This document shows positions 1-10,474 of a DNA stretch of 64,000 bases, piece by piece. The stretch is from Octopus sinensis. Lineage: Eukaryota. The position numbers were made by a program, and so were the translations under genes. The DNA lies in assembly GCF_006345805.1 (NCBI RefSeq), contig NC_043008.1, positions 72,602,001-72,666,000 on the forward strand. Direction: 5' to 3'. The notes beneath the pieces were generated by a model. That model was not told the DNA's origin and did not search any database. It was given only the letters and a program-made list of their open reading frames with translations. Every line of letters starts with the position of its first letter. Position 1 is the stretch's first letter.

Positions 1-460
1 CTTAACACCAACCACTCCAAGAGTGTAGTGGGTGCTCTTTACATGCCACTGGCAGAAGAGACAGAGGAGCTGGCATTGACCACGATCAGATGGTGCTTTT
101 TATATGCTACAAGCACTGGGGTCACAACTACACTTGATTTGTTTTTGATATTGATGTTGATGTACTTGACTCAATAGGTCTCTTCAAGAATGGCATGTTG
201 CCCTATAATCCAAGGTACTTTTGAGTGGGCTTGTTATGTGCCACTGACGTAGGTTACAGATGTGAGCTCACTTTATTTGCCAGGTTTTCTCAGTCACGGC
301 ATACCTCCAGAGGTCTCAGTCTTTTGTCATTGCCTCTGTGAGGCCCAACATTCAAAGGTCATGCTTCACCACCTTATCCCATGTCTTCCCAGGTTTGTCT
401 CTACCTCGGATTCCTTCAAACAGCTCTCCTCGTCCATCCACAGTATATGACAATAACAAT
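1..460 (-). mobile_element. Degraded 3' fragment (ORF end plus 3' UTR) of the RTE LINE family seen at 520-3838
   Basis: 262-460 aligns by eye with 1340-1500 (ggtcatgcttcaccacc / ggtcgtgcttcaccacc); 1-120 resembles the UTR module ccaaccactcc..gtgggtgct. Confidence 0.7.
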
Positions 461-481
461 GCAAACATCTCTCTTGCATGC

Positions 482-520
<39 letters not shown>

Positions 521-807
521 CATCATCATCATCATCGTCGTTTAACGTCCGTTCTCCATGCTAGCATGGGTTGGACGGTTCGACCGGGGTTCTGGGAAGC
601 CAGAAGGCTGCACCAGGCTCCAGTCTAATTTGGCAATGTTTCTACAGCTGGATACCCTTCCTAACGCCAACCACTCCGTGAGTGTAGTGGGTGCTTTTTA
701 CGTGCCACCTGCACAGGTGCCAGGCGGGGCTGGCAACGGCCACGGTCAGATTGGTGTATTTTATGTGCCACCGGCACGGAAGCCAGTCGAGGCGGTGCTG
801 GCATCGA

Positions 808-1260
808 CCACGAGTCGGATAGTGCTTTTTACGTACCACCAGACCAGGGATCCTGGCTGGTTCAATTCGATTTCGATTTCGCTTGCCCCAACATGTCTTC
901 ACAAGCAAAGGGGGTTGGCAAGGGTGCCTGTCGTACGGTCGCATTGGAGTATTTTACGTGCCACGGCCACGAGTCGGATAGTGCTTTTTACGTACCACCA
1001 GACCAGGGATCCTGGCTGGTTCAATTCGATTTCGATTTCGCTTGCCCCAACATGTCTTCACAAGCAAAGGGGGTTGGCATGGGTGCCTGTCGTACGGTCG
1101 CATTGGAGTATTTTACGTGCCACGGCCCCGAGTCGGATAGTGCTTTTTACGTACCACCAGGCCAGGGATCCTGGCTGGTTCAATTCGGTTTCGATTTCGA
1201 TTTCGCTTGCCCCAACATGTCTTCGCAAGCATGGGGGGTTGGGATGGGTGTCTGTCGTCG
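808..1260. repeat. 159-bp tandem repeat (~2.8 copies) inside the LINE 3' UTR
   Basis: gagtcggatagtgctttttacgtaccacc recurs near 812, 971 and 1130; the ORF 558..1265 translation repeats a 53-aa unit. Confidence 0.9.
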
Positions 1261-1341
1261 GATGAGGTTCTATATCGACTTCGCTTGCCTCAACCGGTCT
1301 TTGTGTCCAAGGGAGGAAAGGCATTCATAAGTGGGCTGGGC

Positions 1342-3838
1342 TCACTTGTCCTGCCTGGTCTTCTCACGTACAGAATATTTCCAAAGGTCTCGGTCTCTGG
1401 TCATTTCCTCAGTGAGGCCTAAAGTTCGAAGGTCGTGCTTCACCACCTCGTCCCAGGTTTTCCTGGGTCTACCTCTTCCACGGGTTCCCTCAACTGCTAG
1501 GGATTGGCACTTTCTCACACACCTATCTTCATCCATTCTCGCCACATGACCATACCAGCGCAATCGTCTCTCTTGCACACCACAACTGATGCTTCTTAGG
1601 TACAACATTTCTCTCAAGGTGCTAACGCTCTGTCGAGTATGTACACTGACATAACGGAAGCTATCAACTACTTCTAGTTTTTCCCCCTGGAAAGTGACGG
1701 AAGTTGTTTTCTGCAGATTTTCGGAGGTTAATGCTCCCGAGCATCTGCCACATACAAAAAACTATCTTCCCAGTTAGCCTACCTTTGACATTGCTGCACC
1801 TCTTATGTGTCATAGCTTACACTGGGTACATCTTATAGAGTTTCTACCTACACCTTTTCTACAGATCGAGCAGGGCCATCTTCCTGAAGATATTTGTGGA
1901 TTGTCTACCTTTCTACTTATTAGTACTTTGGTTTTAGCTAGGTTGACTCTAAGGCCCCTTGATTCTAAACCCTCCTTCCACACCTGGAACTTCTCCTCCA
2001 GTTCTGATAGTGACTCAGCAATAAGAGCAAGGTCGTCAGCGTAGAGGAGCTCCCAGGGACAGCCTGTCTTGAATTCCTCCGTAATTGCCTGGAGTACTAT
2101 GATAAATAGGAGGGGGCTGAGTACTGAACCCTGGTGGACCCCAACCTCTACTTTGAATTCTTCTGTGTACATGTTGCCAACCCTAACCTTACTTGCGGCA
2201 TCTCTGTACATGGCTTGCACAGTCCTCACCAGCCATTCATCTATCCCTAGTTTCCTCATTGACCACCAGATAAGGGATCGGGGGACCCTATCAAAAGCTT
2301 TCTCCATGTCAACGAAAGCCAGGTACAGGGACTTATCTTTGGCTAGGTATTTCTCCTGCAGCTGCCTTACCAGGAATATAGCATCAGTGGTACTTTTTCC
2401 TGGCACGAACCCAAACTGTATCTCATCTAAACTAACTCTCTCTCTAATTAGTTGGGCTATGACCCTCTCCGTAACCTTCATTACTTGATCCAACAGCTTG
2501 ATACCTCTGTAATTATTTGTATCTAGGGCATCACCTTTACCTTTGTAGCAGTTGACTAGTATGCTGCTGCACCAGTCATTGGTATGACTCCTTCGTGTAT
2601 CACCTGGTTGACTATACGGGTGACTAGGTTATAGCCGACACTGCCAGATATTTTGAGCATCTCTGCAGTAATTCCTGATGGGCCTGGGGCTTTCCCTGTC
2701 TTCATGCTTCTAATTGCCTTAGCTACCACGGAACTATCAACTCGGATTGCTGGTCCCTCTGTAGGGTCAACATTCGGCAGACTCTCTTTATCCCATTCAT
2801 TTTCCTCATTCAGTAACCTTTCATAGTGGCGTCTCCAAGCTTCTCTCTTTGCATCCTCATTTAGCGCAAGTGAACCATCCTCCATGCGAACACATTTCTC
2901 TCCTACCACATCACGATTCTCTCTCACACACTGTCTTGCAACACGAAATACCTCAGTCTTTCATCCTCACGGCGCAGGACATTGGCAAATTTTCTCTTAT
3001 CTGCTTCCCCTCTGGCTAGATAGACCTGTCTCCTAGCTTCCCTTCTGGCAGTCTGATACCCTTCCCTGCTACCACCGTTCTTCCAGGCCTTCCAAGCCTG
3101 TTTCTTTTGTCTAATAGCCCTGTCAACAATATTGTTCCACCACCACGTTTTTTTTGGGTCTTAAGGGGACTTTGCACCAGCCACAGATCTGGTCAGCGGC
3201 TTTCAGCAGGTTGTCCCTCAGAAACGTCCAGTTGTCTTCTACCCCATGTGTAGCTATACCCCCTTCCACTTCGTCAAAGGCTTCAAGTAACATATCTCTA
3301 AATCTCTGTCCATTCGCAGGGGCTTTAAGCTTCCAGACCCTTCTTCTCCATGTTGGTCGTCTCCTAGTCGCCCTCTTAGTCCTGATCCTAAAGTCACTAA
3401 CTACCAGTCTATGTTGTGGGGTGCATTCTTCGCCTGGGAAGGTTTTGGCATTTTTAAGCAGCCATCTTTCCCTTTTTCTGGCAAGGATGTAGTCGATTTG
3501 GCTAGTATGCCGGCCCGATCGGTAGGTGACCAGGTGGCTTGTTGGTTTCCTGAAGTTAGTGTTGCAGACCATAAGACTATTCGCATCGCAGAACTCCAGC
3601 AGCCTGGTTCCCTCCTCGTTGCGGGAACCATAACCGTAGCCTCCATGTACGCCATGGAAGCCCCCAGCATGTCGTCCAACATGCCCATTGAAATCACCAG
3701 CCACAAAGAGAAGGTCCTGTCGTTCGTCGATGAGGTGGTCTGCAGTAGGGTGTCATAGAAACTGTCTTTCTGTCCATCGGGTAGCCCTGGCTGAGGGGCA
3801 TAGGCCGATATAATGGTTGCTAATCTATTATGAAGCAC
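1342..3838 (-). pseudogene. LINE ORF2 (APE endonuclease - RT - PHD-like finger - C-terminus), broken by five 1-nt frameshifts and one in-frame deletion
   Basis: ORF-track pieces 3401-3838, 3123-3704, 2556-2927, 1810-2493 and 1342-1617 join into one frame after single-base corrections near 3716, 3150, 2957, 2581 and 1811. Confidence 0.92.
1741..1872 (-). other. PHD-type (C4-H-C3) zinc finger embedded in the LINE RT region
   Basis: Reconstructed CSIC-RKGVGRNSIR-CTQC-KLWT-HKRC-SNVKGRLTGKIVFV-CGRC (one base restored at ~1811); second copy at ~39900-39990 reads CTKCKLQTHKRC. Confidence 0.8.
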
Positions 3839-3908
3839 TATTCTAATCTTAAGTATTCTGTCACTTACTCTGATTACCTCAATTACTCTATCTATCCATT
3901 TCTCAGCG

Positions 3909-3911
3909 AAT

Positions 3912-3943
<32 letters not shown>

Positions 3944-3964
3944 CAGGTAATATATATATACAGG

Positions 3965-4033
<69 letters not shown>

Positions 4034-4323
4034 GTGTGTATATTATAGATATACATATATATATATGTATATATAGATATACATATATATATATATGTAT
4101 ATATATAGATATACATATATATATATGTGTATATATATATATACATATATATACATATATATGTATATATATACATATATACATATATATACATACATAT
4201 ATATACATGCATATATACATACATATATATACATATATGATATAAATAATATATATACATATATATATGTGTATATGTATATGCATGTATATATATGTAT
4301 ATATATATATAATATATATATAT
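3909..4323. repeat. Degenerate (TA)n/(TATAC)n microsatellite array
   Basis: Direct reading; source of the IYIY ORFs. Confidence 0.95.
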
Positions 4324-4324
4324 A

Positions 4325-6865
4325 GTTGGAATTTACAAAAAGCAAAACAAAACAAAAGACGAAGACAGGTGTGTAAACAACAAACAGATGTATTAGTTTA
4401 TTAGTTTAACACTTGGGAAGTGAGAAAGTCTTTTACAGTTTGAGTCTATGCTCTTCAACAGAAAGGAACACAGAAATAAGCAGAGAGAGAAAATAAAAAA
4501 CGGTTTAGTGGCTAAAGATAAATCATGGTGAATGCCAGACAGAGGTGATCAGATAGGTAGGGTAGGAAGAAGGGGAAATGAAAAAAGTAGTGCTGATCCC
4601 AAAACGAAGGTGTGTGTATGTGAGATCATGTATGGGCGTGTGGGTAGGGGCTGGTGACCTTGATGTCTGCATGTATGTATATGTAGGTGTGAGGATGATG
4701 ATGTGTGTGCTGGGAAGTGGTCAGTACTAGTGTGTGCAGGGTGGTGTGATCTATTGTGGTGCGGTATGGTGGTGTATGGTGTGGCTGTGTGTGGTGTGGT
4801 ACGGTGGTGTGTGGTGTGGTGGCGGTGGTGGGGGAACAATGGTGAGGTGGGGTTTGGGTGGGGGTTTGTGGGAGTAGGGTGTAAGGGTATGTAAAGGTAT
4901 GTAGGAGTGGAATGTGTGGGATGAGATGTATAGGGATGATGGGTTGGGAATGTGTAGGTGTGGCGCAATGATGGAGGGGTGATGATGAACAGAGAGGGTG
5001 CAAGGGAGAAGGTAAGTAGGAATGAACAGGGGAAGTAAGTATCAGAGCAAGAGAGGAGAGGTGGGTGGGAGTGAAGGGAGGAAATAGGTGTGAGAGGAAG
5101 AGAAGAGAGAGGAGCGGGTTAGATGAAGAGGGGAGGAGAGTTGAGCCCATGTGGCACAAAGGAGCAAAGAGAGAAGATTAATTCCTGTTCACTGCGAAGA
5201 CAGGAGTCCATATGGCCCCTGTGCAAAGACAATCCAAACACAGACAGGTGTTGTAAAGAATGACTGGTAGAGCAGAAATGGCATGACTCTAAGGTGGCGT
5301 TGCCAAGTCTGATGTTTCAGATGTGTTCCGCAAACTAGTCAGTCAAGTGGTGCCCCATTTAACTGATGTACAGAGGAGGACAGAGAGAGCAGGAGTTGCA
5401 GTAGGTGACATTGCTAGAAGTGCAGGTGAAGGAGTCAGTGATATAATAGTGTCGATGATGGGTGCCAGTGTTAGAAAGGTAAGGGCAAGTGCAGCACTGT
5501 GGGTGGGAGCAGGGGAATGAGGTGCATTGGGAAGGTGGGTTAGGGAAGAAACTGTAGACCAGAAGGTCACATAGGTTGTGGGCTCGTTTGAAGGAGGGTA
5601 GGGGCCGGTTTGGGAAGATGTGTGAAGTGGATGGGTTAGACTGGAGTCGCAAGAAGGCTTGGAGAATGGTGCATTGGAGAGGTAGGAGGGAGGGGTGGTA
5701 GGTGAGGGGAAACGGGAGACAGGTGACAGTGGGGTGGGTATGGGAGAGAGAGCAGATGCACGGTCCATGGAACATACTCAGGCAAGGGCGGTGTGGATAG
5801 TGGTGAGGGGATATCCACGTAGGATGAAGTGGCAAGCCATGAGTCTCAAAGTCTTGGTTGTTACTGCAGAGACAGACGAATTGGGAATAGGGGATGGAGA
5901 GCTTGGTGTATATAGAGTGGGAAGAGGAGAAGTTGAGGTATTAGTGTGAATGTGTGTTTGTAGTGGAGGGAGGTGTTGAGAGTGGAGTGATGAATGCTGA
6001 CTGAAATGTTGATAAAGGTGACGGAAGTATCGAGGGCAGGATGGAAAAATTGGACAAAAGAGAGGAAGGAGTCTAGTTGTTCATGGAAGAAAGACGTCAC
6101 ACCAATACAGTCATCAATATAATGACCTTATGCTTCAGGAGTGGGACCAGTGAAACTTGAGAATATTTGGGTCTCAACGTAGCCAATGAACAGGTTCACA
6201 TAGTTGGAGCCCATTCTTGTTCCCATGGCCACTCCCAAGACCTGCTGGCAAAAATCACCAGTGAACGAGAAGCAGTTAAGGGAGAGAACAAGTTTGCCAG
6301 ATGAAGAAGTGTGGATGTGTCATGTTGGGGTTTGGGTCAGAGGTCAAGGTTGTGTTGGAGTGCACGAAGCCCCTTATGGGATCACTGTGTATAGGCTCTT
6401 GATATCAACAGTAAAGAGAAGTTTAGAGGGGCAGGAAGAAGGAGAAAGATTTGAACAGATGAAGAGCATGATTGGTGTCATGGATGTAAGAGGAGAGGGA
6501 AGCCACTAGGGGGCGGGTACACAGTCAGAATATCTGGAGATGAGTTCGGTGGGGCAGTTGTAGGTGGAGACAATGGGGCGGCCAGGGTTGTTAGGTTTGT
6601 GGATTTTGGGGAGGAAGTAAATTGTGGGGGTGCGAGGGGTGCAGACAATGAGGCTGGAGGCAGGGGGAAAAGGGAGGAGGAGACGAGGTCATGGATAGTG
6701 GAGGACACTGTCTGTTTGTAGCCGGGCGTGGGGTTGGATGCAGAGGGCAGTAGAATGAGGTGTCTTTGAAGTTGGCGGAGAGCTTCGGCCTTGTAGAGGT
6801 CTGCACACCACACCACCATGGCTCCACTCTTGTCAGCTGGTTTTAAAATGATGCCTTTACGGCTT
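4325..6865 (-). mobile_element. Penelope-like element (RT plus GIY-YIG), 5'-truncated and decayed
   Basis: ILKPADKSGAMVVWCADLYKAEALRQL (~6850-6770); GVAMGTRMG and HYIDDCIG RT motifs (~6240-6100); SSNVTYCNSCSLCPPLYI followed by a FAEH-like GIY-YIG segment (~5420-5300); pLTR-like 3' end at 4325-4540; both ends abut (TA)n. Confidence 0.9.
4428..4466 (-). ncRNA. Degenerate hammerhead-like motif in the PLE 3' terminal repeat
   Basis: CTTT-CTGTTGA-A-GAGC-ATAG-ACTC-AAAC-TGTA-AAAG: HHR-like layout, but core positions A6 and G12 deviate. Confidence 0.3.
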
Positions 6866-6873
6866 ATATATAT

Positions 6874-6907
<34 letters not shown>

Positions 6908-7011
6908 ATATATATACATATGTGGATACATATGTATATGTATGTATATATTATATCTTTGTATAGAAATATGTATATGTTGATACGTATATATGCATAT
7001 ATATTTATGCA

Positions 7012-7560
7012 ACATCATCATCATCACCATCATCATTTAATGTCCATTGTCAATGCTGGCATGGGTTGGATGGTTTGACTAGGGCTGGCAATCTGGATGG
7101 CTGCACCAGACTCCCGTCTGATATGGCATGGTTTCTACAGCTGGATGCCCTTCCTAATGCCAATAGCTCCAAGAGTGTAGTCAATGCTTTTGTGTGTCAC
7201 CGGCATGGGTACCATTTGTGTGACACTGATATCTACAATGATTATGATTTCACGTGGCTTGATGAGTCTTCTTCTCAAGCACAACAAAATGCCAAAGGTC
7301 TTGGTCATTGCCTCCTTGAGGCCCAACAACTGAAAGGAGCTCAGCCACTTTGCCTCTGTGAGGCTCAACGCTAGAAAGGTGCTTTTCATGTACAACTGGC
7401 ATGTGTGCCAGTTATATGACACCACCATTGTCCATGGCAATGATTTCACTTGGCTTCACAGGACTTCTCAAGCACAGCACATCACCAGTTCAAAGATCAT
7501 GCTTCACCACCTTGTCCCATGTCTTTCTACCACAGGTTCACTTCACATTTAGAGAGCAGC
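7012..7560 (-). mobile_element. Short 3' fragment of the RTE LINE with (GAT)n tail
   Basis: catcatcat..tttaatgtcc..gcatgggttggatgg matches 520-680; 7490-7530 matches 1430-1470. Confidence 0.75.
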
Positions 7561-7591
7561 ACTTCTTCATATATATGTATGTATATATGTA

Positions 7592-7648
<57 letters not shown>

Positions 7649-7820
7649 TATATATATAGATGAGAAAGTTGGTTTGTGAAAGCACATGGTTGAATATATA
7701 GAAAATAGTAAAAAGTGAAAAAACTACAGAAGGCTTGTTTTAAAAGGTTGAAAAATATATATTTGAGTCAATATGTCTGAAGAATGTTATAAATTTTTTT
7801 CTTACAATGACATAGTTTAG

Positions 7821-7859
7821 AAGAAATGACGGGTTTCGCGTTCAGCTTTTCAAATTTCT
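7821..7859 (-). ncRNA. Minimal type I hammerhead ribozyme motif, U3-A8 core variant (left arm)
   Basis: AGAAAT-TTGAAAA-GC-TGAAC-GC-GAAAC-CC-GTC-ATTTCT: stem I 6-7 bp, G10.1-C11.1 intact, GUC cleavage triplet. Confidence 0.65.
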
Positions 7860-8500
7860 TACATCGTTATGTTTATGTTGAGAAGAGTTCTAGATAAGGG
7901 GAGGTAATAAGTGATTTCTTCCGGTGTAAGGGAGATAATCGCTTAAAATTTTTTGCCTTTCCTTTGGAGTGAATTTCTCTGTATAAGTATGTTGGAATGG
8001 TTAAGTCTGGGCTTGTACTTTTCAATGAAGAATGTTTCCTTATTTAGTGTAATTTGTGTTGCTGTTCTGATAGCACATTGGTAAAATGGAAAGATTAAAA
8101 ATTGTGGTAGTAGTTGCTTTGCGCATTTCTCAATGTGCTCACTAAAAGGTATTCTGTATTCTGGGAATGCAATCTGTTGTCAATGCAGTGTGCATCTACG
8201 TCTGAGTGATAGTCCCAGAATACAGAATGATATCTTTTAGTGAGCAATTTTACCAATGTGCTATTGGAACAGCAACACAAATTAGACTAAACAAGGAAAC
8301 ATTCTTCATTGAAAAGTACAAGCCCAGACTTAACCATTCCAACATACTTATACAGAGAAATTCACTCCAAAGGAAAGGCAAAAAATTTTAAGTGATTATC
8401 TCCCTTACACTGGAAGAAATCACTTATTACCTCCCCTTATCTAGAACTCTTCTCAACATAAACATAACGATAACTCTTCTCAACGTAAACATAATGATGT

Positions 8501-8540
8501 AAGAAATTTGAAAAACTGAACGCGAAACCGGTCATTTCTT
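8501..8540 (+). ncRNA. Minimal type I hammerhead ribozyme motif, U3-A8 core variant (right arm)
   Basis: AAGAAAT-TTGAAAA-AC-TGAAC-GC-GAAAC-CG-GTC-ATTTCTT; palindromic ACCGGT stem III; G10.1 mutated to A. Confidence 0.6.
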
Positions 8541-8668
8541 CTAAATTATGTCATTGTAAGAAAAAAATTTATATCATTCTTCAGACATATTGACTCAAAT
8601 ATATATTTTTTAACCTTTTAAAACAAGCCTTCTGTAGTTTTTTCACTTTTTACTATTTTCTATATATA

Positions 8669-8714
<46 letters not shown>

Positions 8715-10020
8715 CGTTATATAATTAGGGTTCAGTAAAATAATTTACTTTACCACACACCAAACTTTTAGAAATAGCAGCCAAAAAATTTTAGCTATTT
8801 CCTCTACTGTAAGAAAAGTCTCCCAGACAATGTATACTCAAAAACAGATCTGAGATAAGCAGTAGATTTTTCTTCCAAATATCTCATTACTAGTGTGGCA
8901 AGTGTAGATGCTACCTTGGTACCTATTGCAGTCCCATGTATTTGTAGGTAGTATTGGTTGTTAAAAAAGAGGTAGTTATTTTCTAGTACTAGCTGTAGCC
9001 CTTCAACTCTATTGCTTCTCATCTTAAGTTATGGGTGATATTGGTGTAGAGGCTGACTACATCAAAGCTGACTAATATGGTTTCTTTGTTCACTCTTTTG
9101 GAATGTGGTTTAGGAAATCTATATCATCTCTAATAAAACTAGGGACCAATTTACGTAAGGATTTTAGAATTGTGTCAACCATTTGCTTAGTCATTGTGTG
9201 TTTGATGCTGGTCCTGCTACAATTGGTCTTAATTTAAGATCAGATGGTCTGGGAATCTTTATAAAGAAAGTCTTGATGTCCTTCAAACAGTCCTTAATTT
9301 CTTTAGACTTGTGAATTTTCAGAAGACCATAGAAGTTACTGGTTTTTACTTCACACTTAGTAAGGTAATCTAACTCTTTTATTTTTGTAAGTTCATTTTT
9401 ATATGTGTTTGTAAGTTTACTAATCTTATTTAATGTATACCTATCTAGATTATTTTCTAACTTTTTGTAGAAGTGTTGGTCAATTAGGTGCTCAAGCACC
9501 ATTTCTCTATAATGGAGTTTGTCCATTATGACAATTGCCCCTCCTTTGGCTGCTTCTTTAATAATTATTGAGTGATCTTTCTGTAAAGATTCATTCCAAA
9601 GCTTCTTTGTCTTCATGCCTAATATTTGATTTTGAATGGTCCATTATGATATTGGATTTTGCAGATCTTTTCAGATACATTATATTTTCCTCTAAGTATC
9701 TGTTTTTGTTTACAGGAGGTATAATGCTTGTCTGGTTCTTCACAATCGATGGGTCTTCCTTGTGTTTTATTTGAAAGAAATCTTTAAGGTGGAGTTTTCT
9801 GGAAAATTCTTTAATAAGACCTATACTGATGTGTTGCGGGGTTGGTGTACATTTGAGTCCATATTTTAGGTTAACTTCGTTTTCCATGAAGTTTCTTTCT
9901 GAAATATTTATTACTTTTATATCAGTCTTCTCTTTATTTCTTTCAAAATTCCATCTATTTCCTGTATCCATAGGCTTCTCTTCTGTGTCTGTTTTGAGTT
10001 TGTAAATCCTATGAAAAATG
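8715..10020 (-). mobile_element. Penelope-like element, N-terminal half of RT, decayed
   Basis: LKYGLKCTPTP; IIIKEAAKGGAIVIMDK; FYGLLKIHK; LRPIVAGP; NNYLFFNNQYYLQIHGTAIGT (ORFs 9591-9971, 9191-9616, 8804-9022). Confidence 0.85.
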
Positions 10021-10184
10021 GTTTCTTTTTTTTTGTGAGGTAATGTTTTTCAATGTGTGCAAATAACACAGAAGAAATAAATAAATGGTTACCAGTTTAG
10101 CAAAAATACACATAAGTGCCAGGATTGTTACAGCCTACTTCTAAAGGTAGAAGCGCCAGGGTTTAGTGAAATGTTGTTATATAA

Positions 10185-10474
10185 CATAGATAAATTAAGA
10201 AATGGAGTTAAACACAGGTGTTATTCAAGTCTTTAGACTTCTGACATATGTTTCTAAGAAAACATTGGTATTATTCCTGAGGGAATAAAATTATGGAAAA
10301 CAATGTAATCATCTCATCAAGGAAAAAACAGCAATACATCAATAAGCCATTTTAACCAAATGTGATTACCGTGTGTATGTTGAAGGGAACACTGGCAAGT
10401 TATTTTTTAATATGTCAGAAGTATAAAGATTTGAATATCATCTGCATTTAACTCCATTTCGTAATTTATCTATG
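10185..10474. repeat. Old inverted repeat (65-bp arms) upstream of the PLE RT, with HHR-like remnant
   Basis: 10185-10249 pairs with 10410-10474; minus strand at ~10236-10285 reads CTCAGGA...GAAAC-ATAT-GTC-AGAAG. Confidence 0.6.

Larger units (their letters stand above)
520..3838 (-). mobile_element. RTE-clade LINE, 5'-truncated inside the endonuclease, with ~800-nt 3' UTR and (GAT)n tail
   Basis: APE motifs ISAYAPQ, GDFNGHVG, SQIDYIL; RT motifs QFGFVPGKST, FVDMEKAFD, GVHQGSVLSPLLF, LLYADD; C-terminal RRLRWYGHVARM and GRGRPRKTW; (CAT)n at 520-535 is the (GAT)n tail on minus. Confidence 0.95.
7700..8662. mobile_element. Fold-back (inverted duplication) of a PLE 3' end (GIY-YIG C-terminus plus pLTR)
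   Basis: 7700-8088 and 8138-8165 are the reverse complement of 8214-8662; loop ~48 nt; the right arm encodes FYQCAIGTATQIRLNKETFFIEKYKPRLN; both ends abut (TA)n. Confidence 0.9.

Noticed and set aside
558-1330. 235-aa and 145-aa plus-strand ORFs with internal repeats
   Set aside because: Antisense of the LINE 3' UTR; the repeats come from the 159-bp tandem duplication.
3830-4355. Long IYIY/YIYI ORFs (also at 11295-11746, 58688-59290 and others)
   Set aside because: Translations of (TA)n/(CA)n/(TG)n microsatellites; no coding signal.
4549-5159. His/Thr/Pro-rich ORFs
   Set aside because: Low-complexity CA/CCA-rich spacer inside the PLE, downstream of its stop codon.
8445-8498. 27-bp tandem duplication in one fold-back arm
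   Set aside because: Ordinary post-insertion slippage; it only shows that the arms evolve independently.
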